A stretch of DNA of 64,000 nt from Isurus oxyrinchus (Eukaryota), in contig JANJGN010000052.1 of the NCBI GenBank assembly GCA_026770705.1, positions 2,418,001-2,482,000 of the forward strand, given 5' to 3'. A program made the translations under genes and the position numbers. The notes under the pieces are model-generated. The model had not been told where the DNA came from. It saw only the letters and a list, made by a program, of their open reading frames with translations, and did no database searches. This document shows positions 10,804 to 22,500 of this stretch, piece after piece. Every line of letters begins with the position of its first letter. Position 1 is the stretch's first letter.

Positions 10804-12466
10804 GTGAGTGTACACAGACTTCAACATCTCTCTCAGATTCGAACACTACACAAACACCCTCAAACATACACATCTAAGTAGACACATGCAGACACACATA
10901 TATGACCACACAGAAAGACACACTCACACACAAACACACTAACACACACTCCCCTGTGGGCTACCTGACCTCCCTCAGTACTGCCCTGGAGAGTTGGCCT
11001 GAATTCTGGGATTTGTGTTCCCATTCATATTTATGCAAGAATATGGAAATTACAAAGTCTATTACAGACACTCAGATGCATAGAGACATTCACAGATACT
11101 CTCTGCCTCTCCAACTCTCTCTCTCCCTTTAAGAAGCTTCCTGAAAGCTCACCCTTCGAACAATCACCGGTCCCAAATCCTCCTTATCTGATTTGTGTGA
11201 TTTTCTTTGTGTATTTGAGAGTAAGAGAGAGGTGGAGAGGTTTAGGAGGAGAATTCCTGTTGGTGAAAAGCTTACATCATGTTCTCACCTTTCCAGTGCC
11301 CATATTTCACATGATGTCCAATGTCCTTGTTCATAATGGGGATTGCCTATGTAAACGTCACACTGTAGTTACAGCCTCCCACCAGTGGTGGCATTGTAGC
11401 CCTTAATCCTTGTGTTTCCCAGCTTTTCAAGCAACTCCACTTCCCAGTTTGCTACACAAGCTGTGAGTTCATTGGAATTCAATTATTTCTCAAACGGTAG
11501 ATTTGATGTCATTTTATTGAAAACTTCCTCAGCGCCTCCCTGAAGGGTTTACACTCTCTGGGAAGCAGGAATAGGCTGGATGTTGGGGAGTTCATCTTTT
11601 CCCAGAGAGTAGGGATCCTCGGCAATGTGTTGTCAGTGGGTGTGGTGGTTGCTGATTCTCTGTCGCCTTCAAGAGGGATCTGGAGTCGTTACTGACTGGG
11701 GGAGAGATCATGGAAACGGAGAATGATACAGCACAGGAGGAGGCCATTCAGTCCATTGTGCCTGTGCCAGGTCTTTCAATGTTCTATCCAATCAGATCCA
11801 CTAACCACCACTCCACTTTGCCCCCATCTTCCTACTTTAAGTATTTATCCAATTTCCCTTTTGAAAGTTCCTATTGAATCTGCTTCCACCGCCCTTTCAG
11901 GCAGCACCTTCCAGATCACAACTCGCTCTGTCAAAACAAATTCTCCTCATCTCCCCCTCCGGTTCGTCAATCTGTGTCCCTCTGGTTACCGAGCCTCCTG
12001 CCCCTTAAATACATCGATACTGTTCACCTCAACCACTCCCTGTGGGAGCGAGTTCCACATTCTCCCCTCTCTCTGGGTAAAGATTGGAACTGTTTATTAA
12101 GCGGGGGGTGTAAGTCCGTGGGGGAGTCCATCTCGATCCTGCCCGATTCGCACACACGTCCGAGATGAATTTCCACCCTGCACAAAACGTTTCCAGAATT
12201 TTCTACAGCACAATCCTGTACACAGCGATGGAGAGAAACATTGGACAGGGAGTCCAACAGCACAATGATCCATTCTCACCAATGTTCCACGCTAAGGGGA
12301 AAGTTCCGATTGTCCACTCTTCGAGTGTTTACAATGAAAACATTCATTCCACATTGAATCCCAATATTACAGCAAATGTTGCAGTGATATGAAGCTTGAT
12401 TGTTCAGCCAGAGTGAGAGATTGAAAGCGGAGAGTCAGTGATGATTTCTTTCTGTGTGTTCTCTAG

Positions 12467-12606
12467 ACAGTGGAGGAGAGATTCTGCACGTGATCCTGAT
12501 CCTGGGAATACGAGCTGTGATATTCCTTGTGGCTGTGGTTATCACTATCGCTGGAGTCTGTGTCTGGGAGAGACAAACAGTGAAAGGAAGTCGACAGACT
12601 GTTTGA
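12467..12606 (+). CDS. Gene A TM exon with intramembrane Arg: SGGEILHVILILGIRAVIFLVAVVITIAGVCVWERQTVKGSRQTV*
   Basis: Polypyrimidine acceptor ttctttctgtgtgttctctag|; phase-1 translation gives a ~29-aa hydrophobic stretch with CGA at 12511-12513 and stop TGA at 12604-12606; not in the ORF track. Confidence 0.8.
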
Positions 12607-12734
12607 AGCTTTGTACAGCAACAATCTGGTCAGTCAGTGCGGACAAATAACGTGTGATATTGGGTTAAGTTGTAATGAAACTGGTCAGTGTCCTGGTTAG
12701 AATCACCTTCGTATCAGAGAGGCATTCCAGCAGA

Positions 12735-13325
12735 CTGGGAGCCCATTCAGCCCATCGACTCCATGCTGTCTCTCTGTAGAGCAATCCAGTCAGTCCCATT
12801 CCCCCGCTCTATCCCCGTATCCCTGCAAGTTTATTTCCCCTCAAGTGTCCATCCAATTTCCTTTTGAAATCGTTCATCGTCTCCACTTCCACCATCCTCG
12901 TAGGCAGCGAGTTCCAGCTCATTACCACTCGCTGTGTAAAAAAGTTCCTCCTCACATCCCCCCTCTGCCCAAAACCTTCAATCTGTGTCCCCCAGTCCTT
13001 GTCCCATCAGCTAATGGCAACAGCTTCTCTTTGTCTACCTTATCTAAACCCATCATCATCTTGTACACCTCGATCAGATCCCCCCTCAATCTCCTTTGCT
13101 CCAAGGAGAACAACCCCAGCTTCTCCAACCCAACCTTGTAGCTAAAATCCCTCATCCCTGGACCCATTCTGCTCAATCTCCTCCCCACCCTCTCAAGGAC
13201 CCTCACTTCCTTCCCAAAGTGAGGAGACCAGAACTGGACACAATACTCTAGTTGTGACCTAACCAGAGCTTTATAAATGTTCAGCATAACCTCCCTGTGT
13301 TTGTACTCAATCCCTCGATTTATGA
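12735..13325 (-). mobile_element. CR1-like LINE 3' fragment
   Basis: YKALVRSQLEYCVQFWSPH...RRLRGDLIEVYKMM...TGGHRLKV, the CR1 RT C-terminus. Confidence 0.85.
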
Positions 13326-15949
13326 AAAGCTTATTCTTTCCATCAGCACAAACAGCAATTTCCAAGCGGACTCCCATCAGCAGACAGAGTGCAATGAAAC
13401 ATCGGCATGCCTGCTTCTTAATGTACGGAGAGAAACCTGGAACGAGAGATTCTCCTTCTTCTCCTCAGCAAGCTGAAACTTTTCCTTATACCTGGTGCTC
13501 CCCAGTCCTGCTGTGTGGACACGTCATAACCACGGCATTGTCTGGCTGTGTGCAGCCAACATGGTCGAATAGGAATGAACAGAAATGTGACATTGCTAAA
13601 CTCTGTTCTCTGATTGGAATGTGCTTTCTGAATGCTGCACCTTTTTCATGCTGCGATAGATTGTAAGAAGCATTTGGGTTATGAATAAAATTACATTGAT
13701 TTACTCAACTGATTAAAATGCTCAGCCTGTTCTGTAGATATTTATAGATTAAAATTCTTATTTTGAAGCCAAATTTTTGGCTCAAAGACATTACTTCATG
13801 TTGTTACATTTGTTCTATCATACGAATTCCTGTGCCCATCTTTATAATAGAAATTTCCCATGTAAACATGTCACATTGTAGTTTCACACTCCTGCCAGTG
13901 GTGGTGCCATTCCAAAGCTGTCTTGCTGCACCGACACAGTGAGAAATATTCTCGACGTGTACATGATGTTGTTGTTACAGGACATCAGGCGGAACCTTGG
14001 GCAGTGCCTAGAATGCACTTAAGACATTGCAGACCACGCTCAGAACTGACAGTGCAGCGTTTCCTCAATCCTGACCCTCGGTCGGTGCAGCACTGCCTCA
14101 TTACTGTCCCTCTGACAGTGCTGCACTACCTCATTATTGACCCTTTTCAAGTGCAGCACCCCGTCAGTACTGACCTTCTGACAGTGCAGCACTCCCTCAT
14201 GGATGACAATCTGACAGTGCAGCACTCCCTCAGTACTCACTCACCCACAGTGCAGCATTCCCTCAGTACTGATCCTCTGATACTGTATCCCTCCCTCACT
14301 ACTGACCTTCCGACAGTTCGGAACTCCATCGGTACACACCTTCTGACTGTTCAGCACTCCCACAGTGCTGACAAACTGACAGTGCAGCATTCCCTCAGTA
14401 GTGACCCTCTGACACTGTATCCCCCCCTCACGACTGACCTTCCGACAGTTCAGCACTCCCTCAGTACTGACGCTCCCACAGTGCAGCACTCCCTCAATTC
14501 TCACCCTCCCACAGTGCAGCCCTCCCTCTGTACACACCCTCCCACAGTGCAGCACTCCCTCAGTACTCCCCCTCCCACAGTGCAGCACTCTCTCAGTACT
14601 CCCCCTCCCACAGTGCAGCACTCCCTCAGTACTCAACCTCCCACAGTGCTGTGCGAGTTGTTTCAATCAAGACTGATGCCCAAAGAGGGAGGTTTCATTG
14701 CAAAATCATTGAAATCGGTGAAAATTATTTTTAGGCTTACGGGAACAAGACTTAGTTCCTCAAATCCTTTCTTTTGCAATAACACACAGTACAAGAATGT
14801 CTGTTTAAATAAATTCCAGTTAAACTTTGCTATGAAAGGATATCTCCTCACGCTCCGCTCTACCTCAGTACTAACCCTCCCACAGTCCGGCACACTCTCA
14901 TTACTGACCCTCCAACTGTGCGGAACTCACTCAGTACAGACCCTCCGACAGTGCAGCACTCCCACACTACTGACCCTCTAACAGTGCAGCCCTCCCACAT
15001 TACTGACCCTCTGACAGTGCAGCACTCCCTCATTACTGACCATCTGACAGTGCAGACCTCCCACATTACTGACCCTCTGACAGTGCAGCCCTCCCACATT
15101 ACTGACCCTCTGACAGTGCAGCCCTCCCACATTACTGTCCCTCTGACAGTGCAGCACTCCCTCAGTACTCACTCTCCCACAGTGCAGCACTCCCTCAGTA
15201 CTCACACTCCCACAGTGCAGCACTCCCTCAGTACTCACCCTCCCACTGTGCAGCTCTCCCTCAGTACTCACCCTCCCACAGTGCAGCACACCCTCAGTAC
15301 TCACCCTCCCACTGTGCTGTGCGAGTTGTTTCAATCAAGACTTTCGCCCAAAGAGGCAGGTTTCAATGCTAAATCATTGAAATCTGTGAAAATTATTTTT
15401 AGGCTTACGGGAACAAGACTTAGTTCCTCAAATCCTTTCTTTTGCAATAACACACAGTACAAGAATTGTGTTTAAATAAATTCCAGTTAAACTTTGCCAT
15501 GAAAGGATATCTCCTCACACTCCACTCTACCTCAGTACTAACCCTCCCACAGTCCAGCACCTCCTCAATACTGACCCTCCAACTGTGCGGAACTCACTCA
15601 GTACAGACCCTCCGACAGTTCAGCACTCCCACATTACTGACCCTCTGACAGTGCAGCCCTCCCACATTACTGACCCTCTGATAGTGCAGCCCTCCCACAG
15701 TACAGTGCCGCTGACAGTGCAGCACTCCCTCCGTAATGATAACAGGGATCGTTGAAATGTATCATAAGGCCAGAGACCTGTATTGGGGACGCTATCGCCT
15801 GAGTTTCAGCCTCCGAGGTGAGGAGGAGGAGTCTAATCCCACGGAGCCAATGGAGAAGCTTCATGACTACAGCTGCCCAAATATGAGCTGACAGATCATC
15901 ACATGGTAAACGTTTTGCTGAGAGCACAAAACATCCTCGATCTTCTCAC

Positions 15950-16098
15950 TGGTTACCCACTTCCTCATTTTGTCTCACAGTGACACATCCACCCTTTCTA
16001 ATTAAACACACAGAGGGAGCAGCACAGGAAGAGGTCATTCAGCCCAAGCAGAGCATGTGGGCAGTTCCTCCCCAGGCGAGCAGTCGGACAGGTCCTGG
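15950..16098 (+). promoter_or_regulatory. Gene B promoter / non-coding exon 1
   Basis: ACTTCCTCATTTT at 15959-15971; donor at 16099. Confidence 0.6.
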
Positions 16099-16548
16099 GT
16101 AAGTAACGGAACGATTGGAATTCACTTCCACCACCAACACCGTCCTTTGTTGATGTTGTGACTTTATAAAGACAGATTCCAATGATTGATGCCTTTGAAA
16201 GATTTCTACTGATTATTGAGATCTGGGTGTGAGGCTCAAGTCTGTTGTACAGAACATCTTTCTAGCTCAAGGGATGAGGGAAGTGCAGAGACATGAGCTT
16301 TGGGATGTCTTGAGGTGGTGAAAGGTGCTATAGAAATGCAAATCCTTCAATGTTTTTCTTTCTTAAAGCCTTGTAACTCTCTGCAGAGCACCTATCATCC
16401 CACAGAGAATCAAATTAGTCTGTCAAGACATTGTCCAAAAACAGTTCTGATCTCTTGAGAGCTGTCGGACAAGAGATGAGGTCTCATTAACTCCTTTCTC
16501 TTTCAGAGTTTGAGAGTCAGAAGCTTATGAAATATCTGGGAGTGGACT

Positions 16549-16588
16549 ATGATCGGGAAATCCTACTTCCTCCTGTCACTTCTCCAAG
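16549..16588 (+). CDS. Gene B leader exon (MIGKSYFLLSLLQ-)
   Basis: ATG 16549; CAAG|gtaat. Confidence 0.8.
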
Positions 16589-19500
16589 GTAATAACATCG
16601 TCAGCTCGGACAGTTTATGGCTAATAGTCTTTGTAAAAGATCATTCTTATTGAGTGTGATTGGGAACAGATTCAGCAGTGATCCAGTGTACAAACTCAAA
16701 CCAAGTCCCATTCACCCATCACCCCTGTGCTCACTGATATACACTGACTCCCTGTCTGACAGCAGAATTGGAGGAGAGCAGAGATCACAGAGGGTTTTAT
16801 GGTTGGAGGTGGTTACAGGGATTGGGAGTGTAGAGGGGGGATGGTGGGGTAAGAAATCGATGATGAGAATTTGAAATTTGAGTCATTGCTGGACTGGGAG
16901 CCAGTGTAGTTCAGCCAGTGACAGGGGAGCGATCGGCTGAATAGAGAATCAGGAACACCAACTGGGGGATGAGGTCTATCCTGATGCTGGGACTCGGATA
17001 ACAATACCCTGAAATTTTGTGTCTTTTGCTGATTTTGTCAGAATTTCCCATGAAGACAACACAGCAGCTCCTAGAATAGACAGGCTGTTCAGTGTCACAC
17101 TTCCTGTCCATTCTCACCTTGCTAGATACTTCAATAAGGGAGCAAGATAACTGAAAGAGAGAAGGAAGGTAAAGCTGTCTCTGTGTAAAACTGTCAAATA
17201 TTATGAGTTATCATGATTGTCTCTGATCTGCTGCAGAGTTTAAAGTTCTCAGAACATTAGCACTTTGCAGCTCAGAGAGAGACCATTGACTCACTGCCTG
17301 AAAGGCCGGTGGAAGCAGATTCAACAGGAACTTTCAGAAGGGGAACTGGATAAATACTTGAAGGGGACATTTTGCAGGGCTGTGGAGGAGAGAGCAGAGG
17401 TTAGAGTGGGACTAATTGGGCAGATCTTTCAAAGGCCCAGCACAGGCTCGATGGGCCAAATGGCATCCTTCTGTTCCGGATCATTCCACAATCTGATAAA
17501 TTAAGCCCCAGATCAGTAACTCTTCAGGCTCCTGCTGCAGGGATGGATCTTTGAGAAGGACAGGGAACAAGAGGTTCCTGGTATCATTTTCATATTTCTT
17601 GACAATTACATAAGTGTATAGATCTGTTGAATATTTGAGTCTCTAAAGCGTAGAGGTAATCTGCTGTTATGTCGAGATCTTGTGGTGGCAAAATTGTCTG
17701 GAGGTTTCTTTAATTGCTCACATTGATCTGTGGGATTGTCATTCTTTGATGTTGTCCCTGGTTTCAATTGACATTACACCCTTGATGCAATTGAGGAGGC
17801 TTTAAACTAATATAGCAGGGGATGGGATCCCGAGAGGAGGTTCAACAGAGAGAGATGCACAGCCAAAATTAGAAGGGAGCAAATGAACCTGGAAGGCATA
17901 GAAATTATTGGCCATTTAAGGCTCAAGATAGCGTGGTAAAGTTGGATTGTATTAATTTTAATGCAAGGAGTCTGACAGACTTGCATTCTCCTGCAGGTGT
18001 AATGTTGCTGCTCCCTTGAAACTGCCAATATTGTTGAATCTTTCTGCATATTTCAATGTTATGTTATGAACTGAGTTTATGGGATAGTTTCTGAGACTGG
18101 GACAGACATAAATCCATTGGCTTTCGGCCGGACCGGACAATCTTGGAAGTGGGCGGGGCCAGAAAATCCCACCCCTATGGGAACATTTTCAGTTTATTTG
18201 ATGTGCCCAGAGAGATCAATAAAGACCACAATCCACAATTTATTGGCAAGCCACATCAGGATATGTGTGAGAGGTGGAATATCGATCACCGCTCCTAGTC
18301 TCGTCGTATACATCATCGCCATTTCCTGGTTTGTCAGTCACCACATTTATATGTTCCTGATGGGATAGCGGATGGTCATTCTTATTGCTTGAAGGTTCCC
18401 CGTTGTGTAGGGTCTGTTTGGATCAGTGCACATCTCTTTGTAGCTGCATCAGCCTTTGCTCTAGTGCGCTGCCGCTGTCAATGGCCCTTTCTGCCACAAG
18501 CCTTGCAGGATTGGTGGAAAGCTGGGCATTTCCTTGGTGCCTGCAGAAGGCCCCACCTTCCACACGTCTCACTAGGTTTGGATGTTCTAGTGAGTGTGTC
18601 AACAATTGATGTTGTACTGAGGACCTGTAAGCTTCGTTGACCTGCGAGGATCACTTCGTATTTATGTCCATCCTTGAGTAACTCTTCAATGCTATAGGTT
18701 TTGGTCTTATCTAGCAGATCTTTCTGGAAGGCTTCCATGGGAGTGGATGTGATCACCAACTCAACAACTCTGTCTGCAGACTCTGTGTTTGAAATCACAG
18801 TGCGTACCCTTTTCTCTACATTGGCTGATGAAGTGGTCTATGGATTGTGTAGGCTGATGAAATGACATAAACTCTAGTTGATGAATATGGAGTTTAACCT
18901 GATTCTGAACCTGTCTTCCAATGTCGTCCATATCTATTGGGGATCCTTTCGCTCTTCTGCTGTTAATCCTGACGTGTTCAGCCTGTGTAGACCTTCATTC
19001 CCAATCGCGAGGTGAATTTTTATGGCTTGTTGGTCTGGTTCACTCACACCTGAATCAGGAAACCAGAGCTCTGTCCGCTGTTTAAACATTCTGAATTCAG
19101 ATAGTCGGTCAGCTACATCCCAGTTCAAACTGGGGAATTTAGTGGACATTCTGACAATATCAGAACAGATATACAAGGATATAAAGCTGGGAGACACCTG
19201 CAGCCAAACTGTGTGAGCTGTGTTCTGCTCACAGGCCAAAGTGAAACTTGGACTGGATGGTGTTACCATCCCAGCTGTGGTTACTACTGGGCAAGTCAGA
19301 TCCCAGTGTGGAACTCAGCTTGACAGGTCCTAACTTTTATTTTTTATTTAGGAATGTGGAGTGCAGCTACTGAACAGAGTCACAGGAGTCATCTGATGAA
19401 CTTCTAACAAAAGAATAAAACATTTATTAAACTAGGAAAGACAAACTATATGACATTACTCATTCACCCAGACCTATACCTTTACAGATTCATAAGTAGA

Positions 19501-22500
19501 ACACAAGTTACAATAACTATCTTATACTCTCATGTTCACACTAAGTACACAGTCGATGTAAACCAATAGACGACCTGTGGTCAGGGACACCACATTCTGA
19601 AAGCAAGTGGCAGAGCCCACTTGAACCAAATTCTATGTCTCATCTGTCCCCAGACGCTTGTTGCACTGTGAGCCAACCAGTCTCACTGAAAAGCTTCTTT
19701 CATATGAGGGTTTCCAATCTCCACTCTCCAAGAACTCACTTTGGAATCTTCTCCAACATGACACTTTCACTCAGGCACCTTCCACAAGGGTCCACTTTCA
19801 CTATTTCAAACTCTCCTTCCCATGTTCCTGCCCCCTGGATCGCCACGTGCATTCAGCCTTCCTTCCACGCCCTGTCTCTCCAATGCTCAGCCGTGTCAAT
19901 GGAACACCATGGCTTCACATGGCCGTAGTAATGAGTCACCAACCTGTGGTGTCTCCTAGGATCTTCTGGCTTCTCACAAGCCTATTTTGCTTTAGGCCTG
20001 TGTCCTGCTGCTTTCTCCCTTTATGCTTGAAGCCTTCTTCTGCTCCTCACTCTTAACTTCACTTAACAGGGCCTTTTCCAGATTTGACTAGAAGGTTTTC
20101 TTGGGCCCTTTCTCCTGTTCCACTCGATAGTTTTGACTTCTTCTTTACTTTGGGACTGACTATCTGTCCCGCTCCTTTGCTGCTTCTCCTGGCAACTCCT
20201 TTCAACAGAACTGAAAGTACTTTTCTGTTTTTTTCTGTCTCTGTGGGTCCTTCCCTCTGCATCACTGTTGCTAGGCAACAGCACAGTTTCTTATGCCTTG
20301 TATTTGTTTTGACTTCCCTTCAACAGTCATAAAACCTCAATGGAATGCTGGCTTCTTTTTAACTCAAGTTCCCCCTTTTCTCAACACCCAAATACAGAAA
20401 TACAAACTAAACTTGAACTTAAAGATAGACCTTTTGCCTAACACACACAAATACACATAGAACTTACTTAAGCGAACACCAGTTCCTAAAAATCACATGA
20501 CACACTTCCCCTCGAGTGATGTCATGCTGCTGTCCCTGAAAGGCATATTACAACAGTGTTATCACTTGGCAGGTGATGTGTGCCAGGCAGACCAAGTCCC
20601 TGAGAGAAACCTGGTCACACTATCATAATGATTTTGCAATTTGTATTTATTATGAGATGTGTGCACTTAATTCAGAAGCAATAACTCCACCAATACCTTT
20701 AGAGATTTAAAACAATAAATTAACATATTTGTCATCAAAATAAAAGATTTCAAGCACATACATAATGACAATGACTGCTATCATAACTCCTAAAATTCCT
20801 AATTAACCTGACTCCCAGTTACAGTCCCTTTAAGGCAACAGACCAAAAATAGATGTTAGATTTAAAACAAAATCAGCAAGTTAACCCAATGCCCCGGACA
20901 GTGGAATTCCAAATGCATTGTCCCCAACTTCAGTTCTGTTGGAGAGCAGGCTTGTGCACAAACAGGGTCCTGAGGACCATGAACCAATGTAGAATGAACT
21001 TTTCCGCTTTTGTGTCCAGGATTCTCTTCCATCTGGTGTGATACCTTGTGGAGTTCATTGTGTGTCCTGTAGATGCTCCACACTGCAGCCACTGTGCCCC
21101 AGTGATGGAGGGGGTGGATATTGAGTCTAGTGGATCAACAAAACATCCAGAGTTAAATATTGATATTTCTCTCCCCAGTTGGATTGTCACAAGAGTGGAA
21201 AGGTGACACTCCACGAGAGGTGACAGCGCAGGAAGGTTCGTGTGTACAGATTCCATGTCATTACAGTTATCCATCAGATTTGGTAAAGAAACCACAGGTC
21301 GGAATCTGGAAAATGAGAAGATACATACAGAACAAATGGTCTAAATGGTCTATAGCCTTTCACTCCAAGGGTCACAGTCGCGAGTTATCACAGTTCCACC
21401 ATCGGACCCGGCTGTCTGGAGACCTGAAAGATGGCGACTGTTCCCTGATTATAAACAACATCAGACGGGAAGATGCAGGATCTTATTTTTTCACGATAAA
21501 ATTTGGCAATGGTCCGAGACATAACGTTTCCCCTGAAACCCAGCTTCACGTTTCTGGTAAGTGCTGTGTTATAATTACTCACCAATTCACATCCAACACT
21601 CAATGGGAAATAATAGTGTTTGATTTGCTTGTTTTTTGGCCGTGTTAACCAGCGTCACTATTTTTAATGATTTGTCTATTTCTGCTCCCAGATCCATGAG
21701 CTTATTGTGTGTGATTGAATCCACATCATAGCTGTAACGTAAACCGAGCTGAGGGGTGATGACACCTCCCCCCTGAGTGAAGTGTCTCCTCCCCACTACA
21801 CCTTCCACCCCTCACACTGTCCGTGTAAACCCCCGTCCCATCTCCAGCCTCTCTTTCCCCTCCAAAGTCCTTGAACGTGTTTCCATCTCCCGAATCCGGT
21901 TCCATCTTTCCCGGAACTCCATGTTTGAATCCCTCCAATCAGGTTCCCACCCCAGCCACTGTGCTGAAACAGCTCTTATCAAGGTCACAAATGGCATCCT
22001 GTGTGACTGTGACAAAGGTCAACTTTCCCTCCTCGTCCTTCTCGATCTGTCTGCAGCCTTTGACACGCTCGACCACACCATCCTCCTCCAACCCCTCTCC
22101 ACTGTCGTCCAGCTGGGTGGGACTGCTCTCCCCTGGCTCCATTCTTATCCATCTCATCGTAGCCAGAGAATCACTTGCAATGGCTTTGCAGCATCATCTG
22201 AACAGTATTAGTTTTCACCTGTCCACTGAGGATCCCCAGCTCTACCTCACCACCACCTCTCTCGACTCCTCCACTGCTGCTAAATTATCAGGCTGCTTAT
22301 CCGACATCCAGTACTGGATGGGCAGAAATTCCCTCCAATTAAATATTGGAAAGACTGAAGCCATTGTCTTCATTCCTCGATCCAAACTCTGTTCCCTCGC
22401 TACCAACTCCATTCCTCTCCCTGGCAGCTCTCTGAGATTGAAGCCAATCTGTTCACAGCTTTGTTGTCCCATTTGATCCTGAGATGAGCTTCCGGCCTCA

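Larger units (their letters stand above)
8051..12606 (+). pseudogene. Gene A: activating-type Siglec-like pseudogene (leader, disabled V-set, C2, truncated Ig3, TM with Arg, short tail)
   Basis: Exons at 8051-8090, 8795-9171, 10031-10327, 10651-10803 (5' half missing) and 12467-12606; V exon carries stops and frameshifts. Confidence 0.8.
13773..16815 (+). repeat. Right arm of the inverted duplication; includes 33-bp satellite (14040-15730) and the gene B promoter/leader
   Basis: Reverse-complement identity with 230-3757. Confidence 0.9.

Noticed and set aside
13277-13666. 129-aa ORF downstream of gene A as a cytoplasmic exon
   Set aside because: It begins inside a CR1 fragment and its distal part aligns with the 3' UTR-like sequence of genes B and C; no valid upstream donor
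14200-15320. Many CACAGTG/CACTGTG heptamers suggesting V(D)J recombination signals
   Set aside because: They are part of the satellite unit; I saw no ACAAAAACC nonamer at 12/23 spacing, and the V exons end in ordinary splice donors
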